In this document: positions 44,188 through 56,978 of the stretch, piece after piece
Layout of the letters: the number at the start of each line of letters is the position of its first letter
Numbering within the stretch: position 1 is the first letter of the stretch
Source: Tetramitus jugosus
Taxonomy: Eukaryota > Protista > Heterolobosea
Reading direction: 5' to 3'
NCBI GenBank assembly: GCA_937625935.1
Contig: OW569356.1
Location: 513,007-577,006 of the forward strand
DNA: 64,000 nucleotides
Notes under the pieces: generated by a model
Seen by the model: the letters and a program-made list of their open reading frames with translations, nothing else
What the model was told of the DNA's origin: nothing
Database searches by the model: none
Position numbers and translations under genes: made by a program

Positions 44188-45816
44188 ATGACCCTGGCAG
44201 ATCAACAAACAAAAGAACTAGTGAAAAATGAATTGCTCAAATTGCGACAAAATTACAAACCTTTCAAGGTGAGGAGCGACCCTGGAAAATTTCCACTCAT
44301 CTTCACAATAGTCTTCCACCCGACCCACCAAATGAATGTAGACTTTGAAGGTGTGCAATTGCGCATCACTATTGATGAGGATTATCCGATCGGGTCATTC
44401 CCTGTGATTGACTCGGTCGAGTCATTAAAGACGCAACCATTACCGGCTGGTCTCCTACGTAAATTGCAAACCTCTCTTCAAAATCAGTGTCGTGTTATGT
44501 ATGACCGACAAACACGAGAGATCAAGGTACCAATACTATTGGATTTATTGGACTGGTTTGATCGCAATTGTGCGAGTCTGGTAATGGATATGCAATATGT
44601 GGAATCATACATGGCTGAGAATGCCGATGGTAGCAGCTGTAGGAGATATGCTTTCAAAGTTGGGCTTGTGACAGAGCAATCATCATCGGCGTTGTCATCG
44701 ATATCTGATATTGTTTCACAAGGGGGTCAGAACAACAAGAAGAAAGCATCAGCAGAGACTGGCAAAAACATAGGGAAGTCATCAAAGATTCATGATGAAT
44801 TCAATGATCGGAATAGTGACGAAAGTGATCAAGAAGAATTGAGTAGTGATGAGGAGGGGGATAGTGATGACGATGACGATGACGATGGAGGAGTTGATGG
44901 ATCAAATGTAATGATTTCACTGATGCATGCTCCTTTATCGTTATCCATAGGTTCAGTGAGTGAAGAAGATGTGGGTCTTGCATTCGAGTACATTGACTTA
45001 CAAGGCATATCAGTGATCGAGTGTAGTGAGTTGAGTATTCTTGTATTGTGCAGCAGATGCCAAAAGCAGATTCCTGTACGCAATCTCAGTGCCACAGACA
45101 CTTTCCATTGTGAATGTGATGCATGCAAAAAAGAGATATCAGTCACGTTCCATCCAGTGCCAATCATCAACAACGATACCGATGAAGATGCTGATAAATC
45201 GATAATAGGAAAACAATGGGCCCAGATTGAACTGTCCGGTTGCACATTTTTTGATACCTTACCAGCATGCGAGTTCAGGGCCCTATGTTTCGAATGCTCC
45301 ACTGTAAACCTTGTGGGAACACTACGACCTAGAACTCACAATTCGTCCACATGCAGAAAGTGTCACAAGGATCTAGATATAGTGTTCAATGGGATCAAAA
45401 AGCAAGAATTAGCTGACTTAGCGAAGAGGTTATCCGCTTCTACGACAAAGGGCAAAACTTCACCTCGAAGTAATCAGAAAAAGAAAGCAACCACAAAGGT
45501 TCAAGGAATAACGGAGGGACGTCCATTGCCCAACAATGGAACATGCAAACATTACAAACATTCAAAGAGATGGTTAAGGTTTTCATGCTGTGGGCGGGCA
45601 TTCCCCTGTGATATTTGTCATGAGGAACAAACCTCTGATCGATCGATCTTTGCTACAAGAATGTTGTGCGGATACTGTTCCAGAGAGCAACCATGTGGCG
45701 ATACTTGCAAGTTTTGTCAAAAGAAGCTGACCAAGAAGGTATTTGATCCTTCCTCACGCAAGAAGAGTGCCTTCAAAACAGCTTCAAGAAAGAGTGAACG
45801 ACAAGCAAAAAAGTAA
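44188..45816 (+). CDS. RWD-like domain + Cys-rich + CHY zinc-finger protein
   Basis: ITIDEDYP (RWD-type YP motif), several CxxC pairs, and GTCKHYKHSKRWLRFSCCGRAFPCDICHE...RMLCGYCSREQ. Confidence 0.8.
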   Translation: MTLADQQTKELVKNELLKLRQNYKPFKVRSDPGKFPLIFTIVFHPTHQMNVDFEGVQLRITIDEDYPIGSFPVIDSVESLKTQPLPAGLLRKLQTSLQNQCRVMYDRQTREIKVPILLDLLDWFDRNCASLVMDMQYVESYMAENADGSSCRRYAFKVGLVTEQSSSALSSISDIVSQGGQNNKKKASAETGKNIGKSSKIHDEFNDRNSDESDQEELSSDEEGDSDDDDDDDGGVDGSNVMISLMHAPLSLSIGSVSEEDVGLAFEYIDLQGISVIECSELSILVLCSRCQKQIPVRNLSATDTFHCECDACKKEISVTFHPVPIINNDTDEDADKSIIGKQWAQIELSGCTFFDTLPACEFRALCFECSTVNLVGTLRPRTHNSSTCRKCHKDLDIVFNGIKKQELADLAKRLSASTTKGKTSPRSNQKKKATTKVQGITEGRPLPNNGTCKHYKHSKRWLRFSCCGRAFPCDICHEEQTSDRSIFATRMLCGYCSREQPCGDTCKFCQKKLTKKVFDPSSRKKSAFKTASRKSERQAKK

Positions 45817-45945
45817 CAGGAATAAATAGTGATGCTAAGGTTGATCAAAGTGTATTTCATTTATACTCACACATTTGTTGTAATCCATGATTGTATTTCC
45901 CGCCGCAAAAACAAGATCAAGCCCAGATCAAAAAAAGACACAGCA

Positions 45946-46715
45946 ATGATGGACAATCCCTTCACGAAAAGGACGTTTGATAGTCCCGATGTCGATCGAC
46001 AGCGCTATTCATCATCTTCTACGACCAGAAGACCACTGTTGCAACAGTCATCAACGCACAGCTACTACAGTAGCGATAGAAATGGATACAAGGAGGTTCA
46101 TGATCATCACCAACAGCTGAAAAGAAGGTCCAAATGCGCGTGTTTTTGTAAAGTGTCATGTATTCTTCTTTTACTTGCTGTCAGTTGTTTGTTCGTAGCG
46201 GCTGTTGTGCTTGCCACTGTTGGAGGTGTGTTCATCAAGAAGGGAAAATTAAGCAATCACTGTAGTCTCTTATTGCATGTCAATAGAACTCTGCTAACGA
46301 CCTCTGTTAATGATCTCTCAACTGTTTTTCATTCCATTGGAAGTGCCTGTAGCAATATTCTTCCGTTTCGATTGATCGAGATTGATGAATTAACTCACAC
46401 AATCTATTGCATGCACATTACGAGACAATATCACGTTGTTGAGAATGTAACAGTGGTTGTGAACTCTGTCGCTGGCCAACCTAACTTGCTCAGTGTGGAG
46501 GCCACGAGTAAGAGTCGACATGGAAAGTTTGTAAGTACTTACTTTTCTCATCTCGCTCATTTCAACTTCATTATCATGTCTGTACTAACATGCACCCACT
46601 CCTATAATAGGATTTCGGTCAAAATTTTCGAAACCTCAAACTTCTGTTCTCATTGGCCAAGTTAGATATCGTACAACAGACGAGGATGGGTGGATGTTGG
46701 TTCCCCTATAACTAA
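45946..46715 (+). CDS. Type II membrane protein with DUF1499-like C-terminus (intron 46531-46610)
   Basis: Single TM segment. Splicing at GTAAGT...TAG gives SKSRHGKF|DFGQNFRNL, resembling the SR.G..D.G.N motif. Stop at 46713-46715. Confidence 0.55.
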
Positions 46716-46760
46716 TAGTACTGTTCGATATTAGCGTCGACATCACAATCTCATTTATTG

Positions 46761-49700
46761 TTAGTAATCTTCCACCTTGAGTTTTGGCACGATGCACATA
46801 CTCTGCAATTCCTGGAACAACAGCTTGCAAGCGTATGGAATGGTCAATACGGCCATTGAGCGACCACTCTTGCAGTATTGGCAATAACCGAGATATCCGA
46901 TGTAGCCACATTTCTCACAGACGTGAACCTTGAATGCATCACTGGATATCATCAATCTTTCCATGAGCAACATTGAGGCACCATAACCAATCAAACAATC
47001 TCTCTCCATCTCACCCAGACGCAAACCACCATCATGAGAACGACCTTCAGTTGGTTGACGAGTGAGCATAGCCCTAGGACCACGTGATCGCGCATGCATT
47101 TTATCCATGACCATGTGCTTTAGTTTTTGATAGTATACTGGACCAAAGAAAATGTAAGCACTCATTGGCTCACCAGTGATACCACTTGTCAGATAATCCT
47201 TTCCGGAATACGAAAATCCATAGCTGACCAAAATTTCAGAAATGTCTTTGACTTTGTCACCGCCGAATGCAGTACCATAACCTTGGCGACCCTTCAGCAC
47301 ACCAGCTTTACCTCCAATCAACTCAATCATTTTACCAACAGTCATTCTAGATGGGAAACCATGAGGATTCATAATCACATCAGGGCAAATACCCTGTTCA
47401 TTAAACGGCATGTCTTCTTGCTGTACAATTAGACCACAAACTCCCTTTTGACCGTGACGGCTGGAGAATTTGTCACCAAGTTCAGGTCTTCTGGTGTGTC
47501 TGATCAAGCATTTGACAATCATATGGGATTCTTCGCTCGAAGTCAATAGTACTTGATCCATGTACACACTTGTAGGTCCCTTGTAAACACTCGGAGATTC
47601 TCTGTATCCGACAGAAGAGGTTTCACCTTGAACAGGACTGAACTTGTTCACATACACATCTCCTGGATAAATACGCTCCGAAGCTGGACACAAACCATCA
47701 ATATCTAGAATGGAGTATCTCTTGTTTCTTGCATCAGGTCCTTGAGGTGGGGCACCAATCATATCCGTGGCCCCGTTTGGATATCTTCGAAGTTGTGTTA
47801 CATATTTTTTCAAAACGATACAACGACCATAGCCTCTATCAATAGAGGCTTTGTTAATAACGGTGGCATCTTCAATATCATAACCAGAGTAACTCATAAC
47901 AGCCAATGTTGCATTTTGTCCTGCTGGTAGCTTTTCAAAATTGATCAACTCGATTGTCTTTGATTTAACCATCGGCTTTTGTGGATAGCAATGCAAATAG
48001 AGTAGAGTATCAATTCTGTTAAGTTGATTATAGGCAATAGCTCCGATAGCTTGCTTACCCATAGCACATTGATACGTGTTTCTTGGTGATTGATTGTGAT
48101 GAGGATAGGGCACAAGACCGACACATACACCAAGAATCGTGAACGGCTCAATCTCGAGATGAGTCGTCTCGGGTTTGATATCATGCTCTCTAAAAACAAT
48201 CATACAATTATTTTCCTCATTCACATCCAAGTATTCAATAAGACCTTGCTTAAGGAAGTCATCGAATGTCCGAATTCCTTCTGCTAACTCTTGCATATGT
48301 CTCTTCTTGACCTTTGATCTTCCATTCTCCACAATAATTAACGGACGACATACACGTCCACCGTCAGAAGCAATATAAATTGTCTTTTGTGGATCATTCT
48401 TGAAGATACTGACAAACTCTCGGACTCTACCAGCACGTCTCATCAAACGAAACATTCGTACGAATCTGTTGGCAAATCTATGAACTCCTAGAATCAAACC
48501 GTTTAAGAAGACAACATAACTTCCGGGAGCGTTCAACTCCTCTCCTGATACCAAGTTAATATCTTCGACACCCAGATCATACGCTAAACGAATAATTGGT
48601 TCTTCATCATCATCTGTAGTAACGTGTGTCAATAGAGCAAGATTCTTCACCAATCCACAGGCCTCTCCTTCTGGAGTATCGGATGGACACAAAACACCCC
48701 ATTGTGAAGGCTGAAGGGCTCTAGGTCCAGACACCTTTCTCGTCTTTTCAAATTGTGAACTGACACGAGTCATCATACCAAGAGCGGAAATAAAGCTCAA
48801 TCTACTTAAAACATGCGTCACACCAGCTCTTTCCATTTTAAATCTCTTAACATTCCAATTACCAGATGAAATTGAATTTGTCAATCCTTGTGTAATTCTC
48901 AAGGAGTTTTGAGCAAAATTATGAACAATGTCGAATTCGTTTCTGCTCGATTTGGATAGTGTTTTTTCGGCAATGGTTTTTAGGGCAGCATTAAAATTCT
49001 TGAACAAATCTTCAAAAAGCAAGGAAAGCAATTGTCCAGCCATTTCTAATCTTTTGTTTCCATAATAATCCTTGTCATCCAAGTGAATAGGATCGAGCAT
49101 AGCATCTACCATTCTTCTTAACATTAGTGCCATGTACACCATCTTCATTGTGAAATTATATTTGTGAACTGGAACGTGACACAGAATCACATTCAATAGA
49201 ATATCTCTGGCTTCCTGTTGCTTTGTTCTATTCTTGTTGGTTGTACCGAATCGATTCTTAATCTTACTTCCAATCCATTCAAGTGCTTTATCTTGCGTGT
49301 AAACTCGTTGTTCGATGCACTGTTGGAAACTTGGTCCCAACATGTCTGCATATTTTGGCTCCGATCCCACAAACTGTAGAATCTCTTGATCCTTTTCACA
49401 TCCCATAGCTTTCATCACAATAATAATAGGAATGAGGTCCGTGAACGAATTATGTTTCAAATAAATCTTTCCATTCTTGACAATAATGTTCGTTTTTGAT
49501 TTTCTTTCATGAGTAGAACTGGTGACACTAGAATTCACATTTCCATGACTGTCTAAATCAATGATAATTCTATTCTTGCTCAGCTGTTCTTGAATCAGAC
49601 AAGCCTTCTCAACTCCCTTCACAATAAAATAACCACCAGGATCAATAGGACATTCTCCCAATTCAGCAAGTTGCTTATGATTCTTTCCGTGAAGAACACA

Positions 49701-50262
49701 ATGAGACGAACGCAACATAATAGGCATTTTTCCAATTGGCACACCTCTTCTCTCCACAATTTGTTTGCCTCTCGTGTACTCGATATCAACTTTGATATGA
49801 GCAGAATAAGTTAAATCTCTCAAACGACACTTTTGAGGAGTCGCCTTGTCCACAACCACATCATCAATTGTTGGTTGTCCTATATATATGTTTTTGTATC
49901 TTTAGAGACAATGAGTAAGTGTGAATATATTTGTATGACGACGTGTTAGGTCTATATGTGTTGTGGAAAAATCATATGAGGAGGATGACTACATACTTCA
50001 AGTAAAAGGAAGGGTCCGTGTCGGGAATGACAGTATCATTTGCCTTCATAATCTTCTTGATATCAACGTTAATCAAATAGTTGAACGAGTCAACATGCTG
50101 TTTGACCAGTCCCTTCAATTTCAAAAAAGCAGGTAATAACTTCCATTTTTCTTCCACTTCTTTGATAGGTTTGGTGAGTTTGGATTTGTCAAAGAGTTCC
50201 TTCTCCCAGTTAGTTGAGCTGTTGTTCGAGAACAAATCATCCACGTTTGGTAGATTGCTCAT
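46761..50262 (-). CDS. RPC2: RNA polymerase III second-largest subunit (intron 49900-49996)
   Basis: [75 protein letters not shown] and [14 protein letters not shown]. Confidence 0.97.
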
Positions 50263-50428
50263 GTTTTTTGCAGTGCTCTTTGATTTGTTGTTGTTTGAGT
50301 GAAATTTTTTTTTCGCGCAGCTCGATCGCGGAAATAGCAAAAGTGCGTGAAACTCGTTGAACTTTGCGCATTAATTTTTGGCGGGTTAGAGTTACGAATA
50401 ACTTGCCAAATCGTTTCGCAACCAACGA

Positions 50429-51498
50429 ATGGAAGAAAGCAGATATTTGAAGGAATCTGTGGGATCAGTATTGGCTCAAGGAGTGGCTCAAGTTGTCAAA
50501 GTTCGACCTTCTGATCCTATAGAATACTTGGGATTGTGGTTGTTGCACCAGACTCAACTTAGGGACAACAAAGAGAAAAGGGAAGCAAAGTGTAGGATCG
50601 TGGATAACGAAAGGATATCCTATGACATTGAAAATTCAAAGCGAAGAAACGAAGCAGCATCAACAATTCAAAAAGAGATGAGAAATGCTTTGGAGAAAAG
50701 AAGGGAACAACAGAAATTGCGTCTTGAGGAACAGAGAGCCGTTCTAAGGGAGGAACAAGAGTTATTAAAAAGTATGATCTATCTCTTCTCAATTGATTGA
50801 ATAATTTCATTCTAACGTTGATACTGCAATTTTCAGAAGCCCAAACATCGAAAGATGACCAGCCTGCTGTTGACAGAGCAGAAGAGGATGACGAAATAGA
50901 CGAGTCCGTTCTGAAAGCAGAGGTTAATGTTCGTCATCAAAGAAGTGTTTACAGTGTCTATCAAGAGTTCATGAAGAAAATTAGGATTGATTCAGTGAAA
51001 AAGTTCCTGGGTAGTCCAGATCTTGTGATTCATAAACTCATCAAGTGTATACTCTTGTTAATTGGTATCAGACCTAAACTTCTTAATAACTGGGAGCAAA
51101 TCAAGAAACAAGTGAAATCTCCTAAATGGTTCTTGAGATCTCTTCAAGCTTATGATCCAGAGGCAATTCCTCAGCCGAAGAATAAGTTTACAGCTATCCA
51201 CAGAATTCTTAGAGCCCCAGCTCTTTCTCCTGACCAGATTATTCAGGTAGACACATCTGCTTACATACTAATTCAATCTTTACACAACGCATTGTCACTA
51301 CATCAACTTGTTGTTCAAGAACGGAAAGCAAAGAACCAAACTGATGAAGAGGATGACGAGGATGATGAGGATTTCAACATTCCAGATGAACTTGAAACTC
51401 TTGTAGGAGAGGAGTTACCACAAGTGAGCCAAGAAGAGGTTGACCATGAGGAGAAACCAGAGGATGACGAGAACACGTCAGTAAACCACGAGCTTTGA
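50429..51498 (+). CDS. Dpy-30-motif + IQ-like protein (DYDC / radial-spoke-like; intron 50772-50836)
   Basis: Dpy-30 dimerisation motif YLKESVGSVLAQGVAQVVKVRPSDPIEYLGLWLL and IQ-like AASTIQKEMR. The GTATGA...CAG intron preserves the frame. Confidence 0.72.
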
Positions 51499-51643
51499 TG
51501 AAAAAGTAACGGGATTTAATAAAGAAATCGAAAATCAACAAGGATAAATGAATCTGCACTTCAATGTCACAAACAAATCATGTTCATTGGAGACACATGA
51601 TTGTAAGTGAATACCTAAAGAGTGTACCACAGATGGACAACAA

Positions 51644-52546
51644 TTATGTGCGTCCATACTTGTTGGTAGCCAAAAAATCGTGCCAACTGCCTTTCAATCC
51701 ATTCAAATCCAATTTCCACTTCTTGGCCAACAGACTCAACACACTCTGATCATGTCTGTGATCTTTAAAACCTGGATGATTGGGCAATCCGAAGGTGTTT
51801 TCCTCATCAGTACTTGCTCTTGGATCCTGCATGTACGTTAACCATTCACCAATGAATCTCTGAGCCTTGAACGTGTTCTTGACAATCACCACGGCAGCGT
51901 TCATTTGACCTGACGACTTGAGTTTTGGATCAGAGTCCATTCCCATCAACACAAAAGCATCTCGCTTTGTCCAATACCTCTCTCCCAAACCCATTGGAAA
52001 TATGACTATATTCTGTGTGTCCAACAATTTCTTGATCTTATTATTTGAGGTAATGAATGGTCTCTTGTTCTCTCTGTCAGCATCTGAGTATATAATGTAG
52101 TCATCTGGCTTTGCAATATTGACCATTGTGTGAAGTATGATGTAAGGTTTCCACAACCAGTAGCCAGCACCTCTTTTCCTTGATAAGATATCCTTGTTCT
52201 TCTTGCTGAATTCCTTGTCCAGTGCGCTCATATCGAACATGAGACACTCGTCGACAGCGCCCTTGGATCGTGCGAGCTCGCAGTTTCGTTTCTGAGCATC
52301 TTTGCAACATCCATCAGCAAAATTAATATGGTAAATGTATCCTAGTTTCGTCATTGCTGTTGAATCTGGTGATTGTTGATCGATAGTCGAGGCAGATTCA
52401 TCTCTCAATGCGTCAATAAAGTCACGATACTTCATGATCCAAACAAAAGTCGCAACAATTATAACAATAAAGAGTGCAAGTGCCAGTTTGACTCTCGAGG
52501 ATGAGAGTGATGGAAAATTGGATCGATGAAGGTGTGATGCTGACAT
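51644..52546 (-). CDS. Type II membrane putative glycosyltransferase (GT-A-like)
   Basis: N-terminal TM anchor, RGAGYWLWKPYII, YSDAD (DxD) and HRHDQSVLSLL. Confidence 0.7.
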   Translation of the reverse strand: MSASHLHRSNFPSLSSSRVKLALALFIVIIVATFVWIMKYRDFIDALRDESASTIDQQSPDSTAMTKLGYIYHINFADGCCKDAQKRNCELARSKGAVDECLMFDMSALDKEFSKKNKDILSRKRGAGYWLWKPYIILHTMVNIAKPDDYIIYSDADRENKRPFITSNNKIKKLLDTQNIVIFPMGLGERYWTKRDAFVLMGMDSDPKLKSSGQMNAAVVIVKNTFKAQRFIGEWLTYMQDPRASTDEENTFGLPNHPGFKDHRHDQSVLSLLAKKWKLDLNGLKGSWHDFLATNKYGRT

Positions 52547-53718
52547 GATTTGGTTTTGCTCAGTGCCAGCTCTGGCGGCTTCTTTGTCAATGGAAACAAC
52601 ATCAACAACTTCCCACGGATTTTTGAGCCAGATACTAATTTTTGCATAAGGCATGTCGCGCACGAGAGTCAAAAAAAAAGTTGATGTTTCCCATACAAAT
52701 TTTTTCCTCAGGATCAGATAGATCAATTGAGTAGATTTGATGTTGATCTCCCCTCACGATATCGTCAAGTTTTGGTTGAAATACTGCAACTTTCAAGTAA
52801 GCTCCTTTACCTTCGTTTGCCTTGTCATTGTATCCACTAAATGTAATCTCCATGAAAGTCTGATGCATGACAATAAACAAGACCGGTACTCTTCACCAGT
52901 TGAGTCAAGGACAACTGGTTCTACTTTGTTCCAACTTTTTTTTGCCATGTTCATTTTCAATCAGCATGTTCATCTACCAATAAACCTTATCCCACCACGA
53001 ACACGACCCCTTGAAGCCATTGTGAAAAGATTCACTCCACATCCATGAAGTAGTCCTAAGCGATAAGGAGTCATTCACTCGTTGTCTCAGTATTTAACTC
53101 ATGAACGAATTGTGAATGCTTGGTCAAGACATTGCTGTCGATTCCAACAAAAATGAGCGAACATCTACTCTTATTTCTACTCAAGCGACACTATTGGAAG
53201 AGACTGTTGCGATCAATACTAACGGCGCTGTTTTGTATGATTTGTAGTCTCGTCTTCGAAGTTTCGTACGGAAACAAATAAGTCCTGAGTGTACTCTACT
53301 CGAAGAATGAGTGTAGCTTGCTCTTCAATTTCACTGTGTAGGCTAGGTTCCAGTTTCTAATCTGCATTGCTTTTCATCTCTTTTTTGATCGGACATGAAT
53401 GAATTCAAACCTCTATTTTGTGTGCATTTGTAGTGGTATTGGTCTGGCAACCTATTCCGTGGCAGCTTTAGATGACAAATGTGGTCTCGTCATCTTCTGT
53501 CTGGATGAATTCAGAAAGGTGATTGTAAGACTGCGGACTGCTTCCTTTTTGTGAGAATCGCAAGAAGACTTACAAAATCCCCACTTGCAATTTGTTGAAT
53601 CATGTCAGCTGGTCGTGTTAATAATGAAGTTGTTTTGACTATCGGGTTCGATTCATGGTGATCGAGGATTTGAAACGGTCTACAGTGAACAAAAAAACCA
53701 AGACACCAACAAAAACGA

Positions 53719-55554
53719 ATGCTGTGTTCCTCGCGGGTCTTTTGTTCAAGGACGAATCGTCTCTTCATGAATCGCAGTTCTTTCAATCTCAAGACCCAAC
53801 AACGCAATCAATCTCTCGAGGTCATTCCAACAACCCAAGACTTTTTTCGTGAGCGAGAGCGTGGTGCCAAGTTTGTTGACAAAACCAAGATGATTGAAAG
53901 AATCATGAGACGAGAATTTGGTAAGAAGATTTTGTTTACAAGACCAAGAAAGATGGGAAAATCTTTGACAGTTGAACAAATGAAACTTATTGCCTTGGGA
54001 AAAAGAGAAGCATTTGGACCATTGGAGAACAATGAACAACAATTTGAGATTTACAACTCTGAGGATTTGTTCTCAAAATTGAAAAACACACCGGTACTAC
54101 ATTTAGATTTTTCTTCCGTGGATGTAAATGATATGGTTTTTGGAATCACAGATGAACTCAGGAACAACTTTGAGGAGAACAGATTGCAAGTTCCATCCGA
54201 TATTGAGAAAGAGTTTATCAAAATGAGCAGTCTTGTAGAGATGCTAAAATTGACTGTTCGCTACTTTGCTAGACACTCACCATCTGGACAAATTATCATT
54301 TTGATTGATGAATATGACAGTCCAATTACAAAAGCAATTGCTGAAAATCTGACAGATCAGGCCAATATTTCACTTGCAAAAAAGAATAGAGACTTGCTCA
54401 GAGCTTTCTTCTCTCCACTCAAGGCTCTTGGATCAATGATTCACTTGTTATTTATTACTGGTGTGACCAAGTTTTCATATACCAATCTTTTCTCATCGAT
54501 GAATGATCTTGACGATATGTCAACTGATACATCCTTGCACGCTCTGACAGGATATACATTAGACGAAGTAAGAAACACATACCCGAATGCATATGAGGAA
54601 CTTGAGCGAAAGTATTGTGCCAACTTGGATGAGAGAATTATCAATGAATATTATGGCTACAAATTCTGCACTGATGCAACAGAAGGGCTTTTGAATCCTT
54701 GGGATCTGAATCAACTTCTGAAGAAACACCAATTCGAAAATTACTGGGCAGCAAGAGGTAGAAGCATTCATCTATGGACCTTATTTGATCCAACAGTTCA
54801 CTCCATTCTTGAAATCATTGAACCGCAAGGAGTGGTGAACAAATTTACTCAGCCTGTAGACTTGAGTGAGTTGATCAAACCCTCAACACGAACAATTCAA
54901 AAGTTGTTTTATGAGACAGGATACTTGACGATCAAAGACAACAAACTAACAGTACCCAACAATTCTGTTCGAGAAACATTGATTAGTGATCTATCAGCAA
55001 GACTGGGGTTAGTTGATAACAATGATATTACAATCAAGATGAAAGAAGCACTGATAGAAGAAAATATGAAGAAATTATTTGAGCAACTTGGAAGATTGAT
55101 CAAGTCCTTTCCTCACCCAATGTTCCGGACAATACAAGGAGAGAAGCATGTTGGCAAGATTGAAGCTGTGTATGCAACAGCATTGTACGTATCAATGCTT
55201 CATTTGAAACGCTATTTCCCTCAGCTTACTTTTTTGGCAGAAGGATCCACGCTGGGCGGAACTCTGGATCTCTTCATCAAATTGAAGCGATCAATGCATA
55301 TTATTGAGTACAAATTTGTGCAGGACAAATCAAAGAAAGGTCTGTCAGCGTTCAATAATCAAGCTTTGGCACAGATGAAGCAGAAGAATTATGCGAATCA
55401 TCATTTGATCTTGCAATCCAGATCTGATTTGAAGTTGCATCTCACTGTTTTTGTTTTTGATATTGAAGACAGTAGATTTGGAATAGCGGAGACAATCGTG
55501 ACAGATGATAGTATAGGTGAGGTACATATTGAAGAATGCTCTCTTGAAGAATGA
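53719..55554 (+). CDS. Bacterial-type AAA-ATPase-like domain + C-terminal PD-(D/E)XK nuclease protein
   Basis: FVDKT, Walker A TRPRKMGKS, Walker B IILIDEYD, FITGVTKF, YYGYKF, NPWD, YW, GYLT and PN. Nuclease part GTLDL...IIEYK...ALAQMKQKNY. Intronless. Confidence 0.88.
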   Translation: MLCSSRVFCSRTNRLFMNRSSFNLKTQQRNQSLEVIPTTQDFFRERERGAKFVDKTKMIERIMRREFGKKILFTRPRKMGKSLTVEQMKLIALGKREAFGPLENNEQQFEIYNSEDLFSKLKNTPVLHLDFSSVDVNDMVFGITDELRNNFEENRLQVPSDIEKEFIKMSSLVEMLKLTVRYFARHSPSGQIIILIDEYDSPITKAIAENLTDQANISLAKKNRDLLRAFFSPLKALGSMIHLLFITGVTKFSYTNLFSSMNDLDDMSTDTSLHALTGYTLDEVRNTYPNAYEELERKYCANLDERIINEYYGYKFCTDATEGLLNPWDLNQLLKKHQFENYWAARGRSIHLWTLFDPTVHSILEIIEPQGVVNKFTQPVDLSELIKPSTRTIQKLFYETGYLTIKDNKLTVPNNSVRETLISDLSARLGLVDNNDITIKMKEALIEENMKKLFEQLGRLIKSFPHPMFRTIQGEKHVGKIEAVYATALYVSMLHLKRYFPQLTFLAEGSTLGGTLDLFIKLKRSMHIIEYKFVQDKSKKGLSAFNNQALAQMKQKNYANHHLILQSRSDLKLHLTVFVFDIEDSRFGIAETIVTDDSIGEVHIEECSLEE

Positions 55555-55799
55555 CGATGTCGATAGAAAACTAAACTGATTACATAATTCTTCTTCCCTC
55601 CACTGGCATCCATTCGAGCAAATCTTCAATTTGGATCATCGATGAATACCGGTGATTCAATGGGTCAGAGTTTAACACTCTAAGATTTGAACTTGGAGTC
55701 CTCAATGGTCACGCTGATCGAATCTCCCAGAGTGCATGCACAAGAAGAGACGTTAGGTGTACGGTTGATGAAGAGTCAGTTATCCAACTTGGATTTGAC

Positions 55800-56140
55800 G
55801 TGCGACAAGTTAACAAACTGAGGAGCTTAAAACTTGCTGTCCCATTCAAGTACAAGACATCGTCCAACAAGAAGGAAAGAACAGATGGATCACTGGGATT
55901 GAGTGGAGGTATCTCTGTTGATGATAATTTTATGGTCAATGCAACAGGGTTGACATCATTGGCTCAATTACATTCTCTTACCACATTGCACTTTGAGAAT
56001 GTTGCAGATTTTGGCCGAGAGGAAATTGAGTTGATTATCGAAGTCAAATCACTCAAAAACTTTAGCATAATTAACTGTGGTCTAACAGATGAAACATTGA
56101 ACATCTTAACAAAGTTGGGACCTACTCTTGGGAAAAACCA
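55800..56140 (+). pseudogene. Possible LRR-protein remnant
   Basis: LTSLAQLHSLTTLHF and LKNFSIINCGLTDETLNILTKL look LRR-like. No coherent long ORF. Confidence 0.35.
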
Positions 56141-56978
56141 AAACATAAATCATGAGAAACGAACTGGTATTTCTTCTTGTTGCTCTTGCATCCATTCTAG
56201 TGTACTGTTCTTGTACTGCAGCACAAGTTGTGATCAATGAGGTGTGTTCATTCTTTCTAGTGTTATTCTTGCTGTTCCTACGATCCATTGATTTTTACTC
56301 ACGGTACGAGCATCATCCTATGCTATTGTTTTTTTTTCTATTCAGAAGAGCAAATAAATATACATTGACTAACACCAAAAATGGACCAAGAAATGGTCCA
56401 TTTGTTGCAAGAAAGCCAAATGTCACGGATGAATTTTCCGGTTGAGATGACCAAAGCATTATCAATAGAAGTGAGGCTTGGAGCTCTATGAGTAGAGTTA
56501 GTTCCGTTCCCGATTGGGCAACCTCATTTCGGCCCCAGGACAAGAGTTACCCATCAGATGTAATGGCATACGAAGAATCCGACTGCTTATAACTTTTTCC
56601 TTGTATGTAATCCTTTCACTCACCCACGAGGTATTGCTACTGTGTGATATGCACCACTCAACACTTTTTGTTCTGCCAAACTCTGCTTGGATAGTGTCAG
56701 TTTAAGATTGTTCCAGTACTTAATCTGTAATGGGAACCAATTCAATAAATCTCCTTGAGTAGAAATGGCAAGGCATAGAGCTTCCCAGAAGAAGAGCGAG
56801 CTATTGCATGATGTGTACAACTGACAGCAAGTATTTTCTCATTGTTGGCCAAAGAAGAAAAAGTGATTGATCTGGGATTTTTCGTTTTGTAGTACAAGAA
56901 TGAATCGAAATGGTTTTTTTGAAAGCAAGAACCAGAGATAGGGAAACCTAAAATCAAGCTTTTTTTTTTCACAAAAAC

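Noticed and set aside
52635-53500. Short ORFs between the GT-like gene and the AAA-ATPase gene
   Set aside because: In the part translated by hand all minus-strand frames are interrupted, and no recognisable motif was found. At most a decayed relic.
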